Shown here: piece by piece, positions 45,644-59,005 of the stretch
Numbering within the stretch: position 1 is the first letter of the stretch
How the letters are laid out: each line of letters starts with the position of its first letter
Assembly: GCA_030704615.1 (NCBI GenBank)
Contig: CM060733.1
Coordinates: 45,260,001 to 45,324,000 of the forward strand
Direction: 5' to 3'
DNA length: 64,000 nucleotides
Origin: Takakia lepidozioides
Lineage: Eukaryota; Plantae; Bryophyta
The notes under the pieces: model-generated
What the model was told of the DNA's origin: nothing
What the model saw: the letters and a program-made list of their open reading frames with translations, nothing else
Databases searched by the model: none
Position numbers and translations under genes: made by a program

Positions 45644-48430
45644 TCAGTAGACCAAGTTGACATCACCCATGGCTTGACTGACCTTAGAAGCCTCCTCAAT
45701 AAGTTCATGGGCAAAGCGCAGCAGCTGATCTGCCGTCAGTTAATTCACGACTTCGAAGAATTACCTCCCCCTCCGTGCGGATGCTGGGCTCTTTAGGGAT
45801 TTGGCGCACATTCTTCCTCAGGGTCACTTTCACATCGTTCGATTGGAAGGTCCCAAAGGGTAACAGGTATCGGACAGCTCTGATCTGAAATCGCCGGCTG
45901 AATGGGAATACCAGGAGCCCCTGAGGAGAGCGTTTGTCCCAGGCGCTTTCAACCCATGCCAAGACTTCCGAGCTGTCGGGCTCGTGGAGAGATACCTGCA
46001 TATTCCTTATATTTCATGATTATTGCTCTTCGAGGAAGAAAAATGTCCAGCAGCTCGGCGACAAAATTGTCAACACGTCACAAAGGCTAACTCAACACAG
46101 ATCTGTTTATCAAGATCTACATGTAGAACTACAAAATTCAACATAAGTATTGTGAGGTATTGTGCTTATCTTGGATTTTCAAGTACCTGTCTGCTCTCCA
46201 CTAGCAGGCGGACATCAGCACCCCTCCCTTCACGCGAGAAGTGTAGGATTCCATTTCTGTCTCTTACAACTTTTCTTCGCAAGTCAATTCCCCCAGGAAG
46301 TAATTTGTAGTGGACATTCTCGATTTTCTCTGCACTGCACATAGCATGATCACAGGCCTCTTGGTTCGCAAAGACTGACTGTTCTGAGCCAGTAGAAGTT
46401 ATTATGAAGCGAGGAACTTGAGCGACTCTTGTCATTTCTGGGAGCGACGAATCTTGGGGTTTGATACAGCTCGAGCGCCTGCCGGGGAACGCGCATTTCA
46501 ACGGTTCAACATTTGTAACTTTTTTGAACAGCAAGTAATATATAACTTCCTCGCTATCACATGCAGCCTCTCTCTTCCCCCTCACCTACATGCCTAAGCT
46601 GGACTGTGATCTGAAAGCTCAACCGTAAAACATTAGAGCTCTGGTGCACTGATGATCCTTATATTATGAATGCTTGTGGAGATTAGCCCTGGTACAGTTT
46701 TACACATTATCTCACCTGGTTTAAACATCATTGAAACCAGTATTAATTCAACGGAGTCGTTGATATGACGCTATTTCACACTTTACGCCCGCTGTCCAGA
46801 GTTGCAATCCTAATCAGTTTCGGTTTCCCGATCACTAGACATCAGATCTTAGAACCTTTATTAATTAGCCCTGCTGAGTTTTGATCTGAATTTGGATATG
46901 AAGCAATAGCTTGAACACTCACTGGTCCAGACTGATCAATTTACCTGGTGATATACAGTACACTGTAGGTGAGTAGTCTCCTCCACGAGCTCCTCCATCT
47001 TCGACTTTGTTGCAATCTCTTGATTATAAACTGCTGGAAACTTTAATCTAACAGCGCCCGTCCGGGAGGTCTCACAGTTGTGGTACAAGACTTTGTACAC
47101 TGTCCTCTTCTGAGCTGAGAGTTCATACCTCTCGTCCTCCTGTAAGTACTTCCGTGCATTCAAAATGTTTTGGAACGTCATTGTTTCAGCAACAGCTTGG
47201 TGGACTAATTTTCTACTGCATGAGGGCCTGAAGTTCCGAAAGCGAGAAGCAGCTTGATACCCTGTTCATACCGGAGGCATTTTCACATTCGACATTGAGA
47301 GGATTAGAATTTTCCGGGCCAGGAAAAGTGAGCTTCCCAATGTGCTTGAAGAGTGTCTTCCCAATCCTTACATTTAACTTGACATCTGTAGGAACTCCAG
47401 AGTCTCCAGCGCCTCCAGCTGCAGTACGTGATGTGCCAGTTTCTAAGATTTTCTTTACGCCCACACGAAAGGCCTCTGCATACTGTGACCTGTGCCAGTC
47501 ACCCGCAACATTTTCAATAGCAGTATGATGATCTTGGGTACGAAAGCCGCTGGCCTGCGTAATTGGATCTTGTATAACTGCAGCTTTGGGGCCTGCAGCA
47601 ATCATGAAGACATGACTGTGAGCTGATATTGGGTTTGTCAAAGCACATGCCACAGGGGTATCAGCTGGCAAGTGAACCAATGTGACGCTGAAATTACCAC
47701 ACAGCGCAACACAGAACGGGACAACAGTTCCAGGTTTGATCTGAATTGATCAAGTGAGAGTGAAGTCAGCCTCAGCTAGACGTGTACACAGAATATTGTA
47801 CAAAGAATTTCTTGAGCTAATTTAGCAGTTCTATGCTGGCGGTGAAACCTAACTGACTGAAATTATGACTTCAGAACATCCCTCGGAGACACAGCCAGCG
47901 GAGAAACGGTCCTGTGCATGCATAGGTAATGTCAAGTGAGTGGGCCAAATAAGACCTGATCTACAGAGGCCTGTCGTACCATCGTCGGATATTGTGGCAG
48001 TCCTCGAATGGAAAAAGAGCATCTGCTTCTGTTCTTTAGAGAGGTACAAGTCAGGGCTCCATGAATCTTGGGCATCGGGTAAAACCTGCAGTCTTACGCG
48101 ACCTAATGGAGAACCTGGAGCAGACAGGCCGCTCGAAAAACAAGTCACTGAGAAATCGGGATAGAATTTCGGCAATGTCTGCCTATCATCGTGAGCTCCT
48201 CGCAAATATTTGGCGTTATGCTCCCTTGGGGTCTCTGATGAGAAAAGCCTTTGATTCTTGAAGGATCGGGATGCACGCTCGACATGCAGCCCTTGCATTT
48301 CTTCCCGTTCTGTGTCCTGCATGATATCTGGCCTAGCAGCAAAGGCATGATTCCTCAAATGGGGTGGCCTGTAAGCTGGGATCGCTTTGGTGATACCTGT
48401 CCCACCTGATTTTGAGGTGAACTCTGACAT
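45644..48430 (-). pseudogene. Uncharacterised family gene X1 (4 exons), frameshifted paralog of X2
   Basis: Collinear with X2 (VKLNVRIGKTLF, FSLSELQ, GRGADVRL, EPDSSEVLAW, C-terminus HELIEEASKVSQAMGDVNLVY*). Frameshifts at ~47217 and ~45735. N-terminal AYRPPHLR. Confidence 0.75.
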
Positions 48431-48519
48431 TGCGGCAGTTAGATCTATAGCTCGTCTTCAATTATCCCCCTAAACAAATCAAAGTGACGCTTGATTAAGA
48501 CACACGAGACACAGATTAG

Positions 48520-49070
48520 ACAGGCTCAAACTCGGATGCCCTCAGGTGCAAATCAAACCTGGTAACCTTCCGTGAACATGTGGGGCAGCTGAGAATGGAA
48601 TGAAGGGGGAAAAACAGAAACTTTATACAGTAGATCACCTCGAAGAGAAAGTTCTAAGAGGAGAGGCGGCTGCACTTGAATGAAATAAGTTGACAGCCGC
48701 CAAGATACTGTCCGTGCAATCAACCCTAAATTAATACTTCAATAGAAGTGTCGACAGATCGTCTAAAGTGAAGCGTGTCAAAGATCACACTAAGCTTAGA
48801 CACCTGTAAGTAGATCAGGCAAGCTCAAGCTGGGACTGCGCTGAGTAAATCACCCCTAGGTAAACCTTCCGTGGACCTGTGGAAGCTGAAGATGAAAGGA
48901 AGGGAGACAATGGGGGGACAGAGACAAAACGGAAACTTGATGTACTGTAGCATCTCACCTCGAAGTGAAAGAAGAGGAGAGACGGCGGCACTTGAATGCA
49001 ATAAGGTGACAGCCGCCAATGTCAGTGTCGTGAGACCGTGCAACGATCCCTACTTATAACCCTAATCTTC
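48520..49070. repeat. Diverged ~250-300 bp direct duplication in the X1/X2 intergenic (promoter/5'UTR) region
   Basis: accttccgtg..tcacctcgaag..gaggagag..gcacttgaatg..tgacagccgccaa..ccgtgcaa at ~48560-48720 and again at ~48860-49045. Confidence 0.75.
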
Positions 49071-49582
49071 ACACTAATCCCTAAACGAGTTTCATCCATG
49101 TGCCTACACTGTGTGCACCTGGAATGGAAATTGAGGGTCGCAGCTGCCTGCATGCTTGCACAAGTGATGCAGATTGTGGGCGTAACGTAACTTCTCTCGT
49201 CCCTCTTGAGCATCCTTCGCCCCCTGCAGCTGTTTCAGCCCTGGTATTTGATTGTTGGCAGATCTCTCTGGTATTGTACATCACTCGACCCCCTTTACTT
49301 TTTCTTAATTACAGTTTGAACATGTTTTTTCGGCGATGAACCAATTGCTGAGCACTGTAAGAATTAACATGTTCTGTATTCAGGATAGTTGCCGATTTCG
49401 CTTGCTCTAATATCTGCTAGTGAGGTAGCACTTGGTACTTCGACTAGATTTCATGATCTACTTGAACAAGAACATCTAGTATAAGACTCTTTTCTGAGCT
49501 CTCTCGATCTCTCTCTTCCACCCAAACTAGGCGCGGGGTCTATTGCAACAAGGCTACGGCAAACAACGTCTTATGAGTACAG

Positions 49583-49606
49583 TCTCTCTCTCTCTCTCTC
49601 TCTCTC
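49583..49606. repeat. (CT)n microsatellite upstream of X2
   Basis: About 12 TC units. Confidence 0.9.
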
Positions 49607-49726
49607 ACGCGTTTGGCAGGTGATTAATTCCCATAATCTGTGCAAGCAGGACGTCATTTTTGAAACTTTGGGGGTTGAAGGTAAGATTTCAGCATTCGCG
49701 ACGCTCGACATATTTGGCCACACGTC

Positions 49727-50212
49727 ATGCCTGACACCCTCAATTCAGATGTGTCAATCGTTTCCGAGGTGACACCAGAGAACTCTGTTCAAATTCCCAA
49801 GCCTTCACCAGAACAGGCTATGGCTAGCGAGGAAGGTGAAAGACATGCCGGACCGGATTGTGGGTTGAAGGTGATCAGCATTGCCGACGCTCGGCCACCC
49901 GTCATGTCTGACACCCTCAATTCAGATGTGTCAATCGTTTCCGAGGTGACACCAGAGAACCCTGTTCAAATTCCCAAGCCTTCACCAGAACAGGCTATGG
50001 CTAGCGAGGAAGGTGAAAGACATGCCGGACCGGATTGTGGGTTGAAGGTGATCAGCATTGCCGACGCTCGGCCACCCGTCATGTCTAACACCCTCAATTC
50101 AGATGTGTCAATTGTTTCCGAGGTGACCCCAGAGAACCCAATTCAAGTCCCCAAGCCTGGTCCAGAACAAGCTGTAGCTGGCGAGGAAGGTGAAAGACAA
50201 GTCGGACCGTAT
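49727..50212 (+). repeat. In-frame 177 bp (59 aa) tandem repeat, ~2.8 copies
   Basis: Units start at 49727, 49904 and 50081 (M[PS][DN]TLNSDVSIVSEVTPEN). Confidence 0.95.
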
Positions 50213-53028
50213 TCCCCCGGGATCAAGCAGTCTAGGAGGAGATCATACGAGTTCGAGGCCTACAGAGTGCATAAACGATTTAGGCAAAATTTCCTCGGGT
50301 CGAGTCCCACACGGCCAAGTTTCTATCCCAAGTTCTCAGTTACGTGCTTTGCGAGCGGCTTGTCTCCACTCGACCGTGTGAAGCTGCAGGTTTTACCCAA
50401 TGAACAAGGGTCATGGAGCCCTAATAAGTACCTTTACAGAAACCAGAGGCAGGTGTGCTTCTTCCATTCGCGGTTTACCGCTTCGTCCGAGGATACTGGT
50501 AATATTTCGCCTACTTTCTCGTGTGTGCTATCGACCTCTGCAGTAACAGCTGTAGAGACTATCTTTGGTTAACAATTTGCAATGAGAACCATCTTAGACT
50601 CTACTGCTGCAAAGTTTGAGTAGTCGTGATCGAGTCTAGTCTAACTCTGTAGATAAAGTTCTATATCTCTTGGCACTACATTTTCCGGAACTGTAGATTA
50701 TTCAACTGAGTGAGGTTCTGCACAGTTGCAGGCAGCTCTGCCCAGGACGTTCCAGGAAAATCACCAGTTGACGTCGACATGTTAACTCCTCCAACGACCA
50801 CCACTCTGCTGGGATTGTATAGCACTCCCAGCAGATTTCGAACCCCACACTCGAACAGAAAAGGTGTCGAAAAGGTGGTTGGCGATTGGAGCAGGTCGAA
50901 CTATGAAGGGATCCTCCGTGAGGGCATAGCGAACATCGCAGACAGTTTCGCCTCAAATTCCGCGTTGCAAGTTTCGGAAGGTGCAGATGTTAAGATATCT
51001 CTAAGGATTGGGAAGTCCTTCTTCAAGTATACCGGCGACCTCGCTCTGCCTCGGGTCACGGCTAGTCCTTCAAACACAGAGCTTGCAATTGAGAATAGGT
51101 CGGGACACGACTTGGACTTAAGCTTCTCGCTTTCCGAGCTTCAGGGGCTCATATTGAGCAGACAATTATCCCACCAGTTTGTGCATGAGACCCTTACGGC
51201 GAATAACATTAGAAATGCACGCATCTACTTACAAGACCATCGCTATGAGAAAGTGCCGCAACCAGCTCACAAGATTTATGTGCATTATTTTGACAATGAT
51301 ACTGCCGGAGAGTGCTGTGTGACAGTTAAGTTCCATCCAAATGAGGCGACCCGAAGGATGGAGGAGACGCAGATCATTCTCCAGTCTCACCCACAGAACC
51401 TCGAATTTGATGAGGTACTGTAGATACATCCTCACATGCAAAGAATTACAAGTTGCTGAAAAGGTCGGATTGACCCGGAGAAGCAATCCATGTCGTTCAA
51501 GGTCAATATTGTATTGGTTACGGTTACTTCTTCGACCTGCACTTCTTGACCCCGTGCTGGTTTTCCCTAGACTTTGAATGTGGGAACTAATCTCTCTTTG
51601 ATCTTGCAGACCCTTGAACTTTCAGATTGAGGCCTTGCAAATAAGGCAGCTTGTACAGGTCGGTCTGTAGGCCTTTTCCTTAGTGGAGTGTGTGAAGACA
51701 GAGAAATCTTAGAAGCAAAATCACTTGCACTAGAGAGTTGTCCTGGAGAGTTGTCCTACCTACGAGTGTAGTACATAATTAGCAGGTTTCTAATGCTTAT
51801 GAGTTGAATGTAGGAGGTGCAATCTCAAGACGCCCCAGATCCGTTGCTCCAAGAAACCCTTGAGAAGATTCCTCTTGGTGACAATATTCTCAATTGTAAA
51901 GCTGCTGAAGAACAGGAGACCATTGAGGATAGTCTCGTGCACAATGTCGATGACAATAGCAGTGAGCCAGCAGGAGAAATGCTGAAAATTGAGAAGAGTA
52001 CAGTGCTTACTGTCGCGGATGACCACCACCGTGAGCCTTCTGCAGATCAATTGGGGACCATTGAGAAGAGTCACGTGCTCAATAGTAATCTCAGTGAGGT
52101 TGTTCGAGATCTGGGGAACATGATTCAATATGACGAGAGGCTTGTGCTCAATGATGAGTCTGCTGGAAGGCAGGCAACCTGTGTGGACCACCAGGCTGCA
52201 TATAATACTCTATGCACAGAGAGCGAGGAGCCCTACAGCAAGTTAAAATCACCCTCTAGGGAAATCAAGTTGCAGGAAGAACTACTATCAGTGAAATTAA
52301 AACAGAAGGCGAGGAGCAGAGATGGATTTCTGTCCTTTTTACGGAAAGGGAAGGGCGCTGATTATAGGCTGGCTGTGGAGGGCAGGCAGGTAAGATTGTA
52401 CATAGCGAGCATCAATTGAGTGCCACTTACAACCTTGGCGGTTGTACAAGCTGATGATCAGATTAGATCAGGTTGTAATGGGTTTCTACGCAGAATGTAT
52501 GTCAAAGGAGATATGTCAAGGTATGTTGCAGTATGTTCATAGTCTCTTCTGTACATGGTTCATCAAAAGTCATCATGAATGTCGAAAATGAGCATGACCA
52601 CGAAATGTACTATAATTGTGGAATGGAATCAGGTACTTGTGCACGACCCCGACACCTCAGAAGTTTTGGCATGGGCCAAGAAGGCGTGGGACTGCCGCTC
52701 TGACGACGGAATTATGGTGTTTCCAGCTAACCCTCGATTCGAAATCAGAACTGTTCGATATGTCGGTTCTATCGAGATCTTCCAGTCCAAGAATTTCAAA
52801 GTGAGTCTGAAGAAGGCCCGGATATGTGAGCAACCTGAGAACAGCGCCAAACTGACAAGCACTTGGGGGGTGACTATTCAAAGCTGTGAATGGAAAGAGC
52901 TTCGTAAGACGAAAATGGGAATTCTGGCGGCATCAAATGTTGATCAGATTTCACGCCTTGTTCACGAACTTGCTGAGGAGGGTGCTAAGGTTAGTCACGC
53001 CATGGGTGCGGTTCACTTGGTTTACTGA
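49727..53028 (+). CDS. Uncharacterised family gene X2 (4 exons), apparently intact
   Basis: Exons ~49727-50498, ~50726/50732-51414, 51814-52389 and 52633-53028, with GT-AG borders and compatible phases; homologous to X1 throughout. Confidence 0.75.
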
Positions 53029-56000
53029 ATGAATGATGGAGAGACCCAGCTGCAGAATCCTTCATTTCAAAATCTCCATGCATATACTCGAGGGACCCGG
53101 TTAACGGATCTAGGCTGCTCATGCTTGGCACTGACTTTAATGAACGATTGCTCAAGAGAGCCTGTTTGGGCACCTCGTTTTTGAATCCAAGCTCTCCCAA
53201 ATACAATCATATGCTGGGATCTGACTTCACTCACTACACAGCCGCATGTGAACAACTTCTAGTGTGTGAACTCGTGACTCCAAAAAGAGACTCGAGAAAA
53301 TCAGTTCACGTCCTGCAGGACATCTAAGGTAGTTACACCCAAATGTGAGCGCTTAAGCAGATATGCCCGTACAATTGGTGCAGTAAGGGGAAAAATTATA
53401 TGACTGGATGAGCAATTGAACAAACAGCTTGTGGTTTGAATTGCATGAATTTTGGACGAAGTGGCTAATTGATATATATTATCAAAGTGGCAGGGCACAA
53501 AAATGCTATGCCTGAGCTATAGAGGGTACCATAACTCACTGAAATATTATCTAATATGAAGCCTACATGTGACCTGATATGCACGAGATGTGCACTTGAA
53601 ATGGCCCAATAACTAACCCAACAGCTCGGCCCACAAGAGCAAAAGGTATCCTATAAAAGGCCTCCCTTTGGCAAATATGCTGTTCACAGTATTCAGCACG
53701 TTTTTGTTCATCTAACAAAGCACCATGGGGCCCACAATGCCCATGAAGGAACCTAAATCAGCCCGTTGGCAGTAAGGTCGCCATTTAAGGGCAGGCGTGA
53801 CCACTTTACACCCCAAAAATAGGGGTCCATTTTGAGACCTGCTCATATTTGGGTGTTTCTACCTTACAGTCTTGTGCACCGATCAACTGAATTCACCTCA
53901 AATTTGACAATTCAGTGGCGGGCCCAAGAATCAGCCATTGCGGGGCTGCCACGCAGCGCCGGCCATTGAATGCGCCTTGGATCCGTTAAAACAGTTCGGG
54001 GGACACGTCTGTACACTCGGGCAGCTAGGCAGTGAGATGCTACAGCAGTCTGGCTGATTTGAATTACTTGAAAAAATCATAGAAAATCAAGGCTTGATCA
54101 GTAATTACCATGCTAGGGGTCGTTGGAAAGCTTGGAATCAGGGCTATCTCAACCTTACTTCCATCCGAGCAAAGTATAAAAAGTTGTATGATCTAGAAAA
54201 AACAGGTGCCACCCTGTCTAACTAGGCAATCTCTACCTACTTGCCCCGAGCTCATGTGTCAATCTTAATCTAGATTACATAATGGCGTCATTAACCACCC
54301 ATCATTAGCCCCACCACCGAAGCCGGAAAATGCATTGATAGTAAAATTCCATTGTTTGCTGAAAGGCTTAAAATCTACACACAGAGAATGAGAGTCATCG
54401 TTGGAATCCCGAGAGAGGAGCCAAAGATGTATCCAGGCATAAGTACGCACTGATCAGGATTCACAAGGATCGGGATCGAGTAAAAGTATGACTCATTTCC
54501 TCAACAGCCACTACACTTACAATTGAGCAAACATCAGTACTTATGTAACAAAGCACGGCGCCGTCAAAGAATAAGCTGCTGGAAATGCTGCTCCGCGGGT
54601 ACATTGGTACAGGACATCTCAGAACGAAGTTTCCCATTACTACTCTCTGTACCTGCAACAGTATGTAGCTTGTGTACTTATTACAGGAGGCTGGAGCTCA
54701 GCATCATGGGCTCAGAATTTGCACTGCAGGGAGTTGGCGCTTGAAAGTTGAGTGAGGGAGTTCTCCAAGCCCCATGTCGAAATGGTCGTTAAATGAAAGG
54801 GGTATTCTGTAGCAACATTGGTGGGTTTCGAGATTTTGGACTCCGGACGAATCTGTCTTTAATCTCGATAATTTGTATTGATGTCGTGAATTTGAGTGAA
54901 GGAAGTGGAGACAGGCCGGCTTCTGTCACTCTCCTTTCTCAAGAGTGTGTACAATTTGGCAGAAGAGCGATCGTTAGGCTTCACGAAGCTCACGTACAAT
55001 TTGTTGTTGTTTGCTTTTTATATGCATTCCCTTCCTAAGTTTTCGTCTATGATGTGTTTCAGTCTCGTGGTGATCCCGGAACCTTGCAACTCTGGCTCTG
55101 GGGTCTCTTGGGCTGATCATCCTGGATTGATTGATCTTGGGTTGTCCGAGAAGAGGATCTGACGGGACATCGGCGCTCGAATGATACTCACTTGTGTGAG
55201 ATCCGACTCTCTAGATTCGGTCGGGCCTTCAATTTTTAGTTTAGGCGTTTTTGAGTTTTTTGTGGAGGTGTCGCTTGAAGGTGACCTTGGACTCTGCTAG
55301 TAGCTACTAGCTATTCATCTTGGACACCCCGCCAAAGTCAGACGCTTCCAGCTCCAAGCCAGTAACCGTTTGTAAGCAACCCAATTTGAAGGATGTCTGC
55401 GTGGGTAGACCCGAAGCAGAACACGGTCTTAAAAAATAGCGCAACTACCTCACAGATTTTACTGTTTCTCAGTTCTATTAATCTCAACCGGTCTATCTCT
55501 TTCCAACTCTCCAATGAATACTGTGATGATGCAAGCGGTGTCCATTGAACAAGGTTTGTGGACGACCAACATCCCTGACGACGACTCCTTAACAAGGATC
55601 AAATTTTGCATGTGAGCTGGATCGAAAGGTGTGGCAAAATTAAGGTTCAATACAATCGATCATCACAGCTTCAGTACAATATGATGTCCAGATGGCATCA
55701 TCCCTAGGTAAGACTAAGAGTTAAGTGGTCAAAAGCTGGAACACATGAAAACCATAAACTGCAAGATTGTAGGAGCTGCTCACGATTAACCCGACATGGG
55801 TTTAGAGAATTAGTTTGAAAATTTCCGGCTCATATTCATCACAATTGTGAGGGTTCCATGAGCTTGTTGGACGTTAAGAGAGTTGATTCCAGTGTCAAAA
55901 CAGAGCATGTGCAAGATTCCGGAAATTCCGGTAAGTTAATTTTTACTGCTTATAACTATGATTTGAGATTGGAAGTTGAGATTGGAATCCCGGCTCCATC

Positions 56001-56661
56001 CAAGGCCAAGAATCCCAAGAATTGCAAGTGAACACCCAAGAGTTGCAAGTCATTCACTCAGCTGCCTGACCGTTTTCACAGACCTCTCCAAATCTCGATG
56101 TCAGATATTTCACCTTTCATACAAGGTTGATGTGTAATGCAGCGCCCTTTGGGCAGTGCATTCAAGGGTCAATATGGTCACAAGGTTGTGTGCATTACTC
56201 TGTTCCATTATCTGACCTTGTGAGCTCCAAAACTAGCCTTGCAAAGGTGACCTGATTTGTTTCCCGAGTATCTACTGTTACAGAAACAGTCAGAGAAGCA
56301 GGTCACATTTTACTTGGAGGCACAGATATTTGAAGTCGAAGGTCAATAATATATGGAGTTAACTAGATGTGGTTAAGGATTTCCAGAACAAGACAACATA
56401 CCCAATGATTTCAAGACCAACCGTTTGATCGTAGTTCATACATAACTGTTGAGCCTTATTGGGTAGACGCCAAAAGAGAAGACTCCAATCCCAGGGTTAG
56501 CCAGGTACAATAAGCTTGAAAGCCAAACACTGACTTCATGTGCATGTGACTTCGCGAAGACATTCCATAACACATGAAAAGTTTCCTAGCCACCAGTATA
56601 ACCCAAGAGAATGACCCCATCCGTGTGACTCACCAAAATTGACTACTCTGATATGTGAGAT

Positions 56662-57798
<1,137 letters not shown>

Positions 57799-57920
57799 TG
57801 CGATCAGCCAAAGCTCCGGCAGCACAGTCCTGCGCAAGAGAGAGTGAGCCGAGAAGGAAGATCCCCAAAGCCGCTACTCTTCCTTATGGACCACAAGACC
57901 CTCTCTGTGCCGTCCAATCG

Positions 57921-58120
57921 AAAACCCTACCCCTAGATCGAACGGCCATCCTGGGTGACACCGTGGCCTGGCGTGTGAATCAGAAAATTGTTACAGTAAG
58001 AATTTCTGGAAATCCCCTCTGGGTGAACTAGTGAATTAGCTAACTAGGTATTAGTTAATACAAACCAAGGCAATATGTGTTGTGGACTAAACGACTACAC
58101 CCTAAACCCTAAACCCTGAA
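57921..58120. promoter_or_regulatory. Telo-box motifs (AAACCCTA) upstream of RPL35
   Basis: aaaccctac at ~57922 and ccctaaaccctaaaccctgaa at ~58100; such motifs are typical of plant ribosomal-protein promoters. Confidence 0.6.
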
Positions 58121-59005
58121 CGTTAGGATTGAGGAGTTATTTCCCTTCCAGTAGAGCGGTTGCAGTGTTAGGAAGGAGAAATGGTGAAGGAATTGGTCAA
58201 GAGAGGAGAGAGTCAAGGTTGGAGCATGAGAGAGGGAGAGAGATGCAGACCGCTATAGTGGAGATGGCTTGAAGAAGCATTTGGCATGGTGTCCAAATTC
58301 GTTGCAAAGCAGCAAAATCAGGACTGAGAAAGTAACACAGAGGGAGAGAGGGGAGGAAAGAGAGGGAGAAGAGAGAGAAATCAGACAGAGGGAGAATTTG
58401 AGAGATTTTTCCAAGTGGATTCAGGAAAGCAGAAACTCCAAGAGCATTGAGACACTAAAGAACACGACTAGAGATATTTGTGAAGCTGCTGGATTAAGGA
58501 GCACTGGAACACGCATTTGTAGATTCATTTATGATAAGGCGGAAGGGAGGTGCAAGCGAAGAGATGGAGACAGAGACCGTCTTTGAGACGCATGTAACAC
58601 AGAATAGCCGATATGAACGTTCAAATCATCCCCACTAAAATTTCGGATGTTCATTCCAGTAAATTGTTGGGCAGTAATCGTCTGCATTGTTCCGCGGAAT
58701 TTTGTCTGGACTTGGACAATGTGAGTGGCAGTAGTCAATGAAGAAATTCCCAGCACTCATCCGAATTGAGGGGAAAAAACTGAAGTAGACGGCTTAACGA
58801 TATGTCTTTTACTTGGATTCAGCCAACGTTAGGAGATTTGCAAGCTTTGGCAATCCACAACCAAGCTTGTGGAACTCTATGATCATTTTAGAGGTACAGA
58901 TGTGATGTTCCATTTGGCAATCCCGAACAGGCCAAAAGCCCCAACCACGTTTACCATACCATACGTATGTTCAAATCACGATAGCTACGTTCATACTCTG
59001 CAGAC

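Noticed and set aside
53760-54220. Possible MITE
   Set aside because: Candidate TIRs match poorly and there is no convincing TSD.
58099-58120. Interstitial telomere
   Set aside because: Only ~3 units; better explained as promoter telo-boxes. Similar short copies at ~30990 lie inside a TE.
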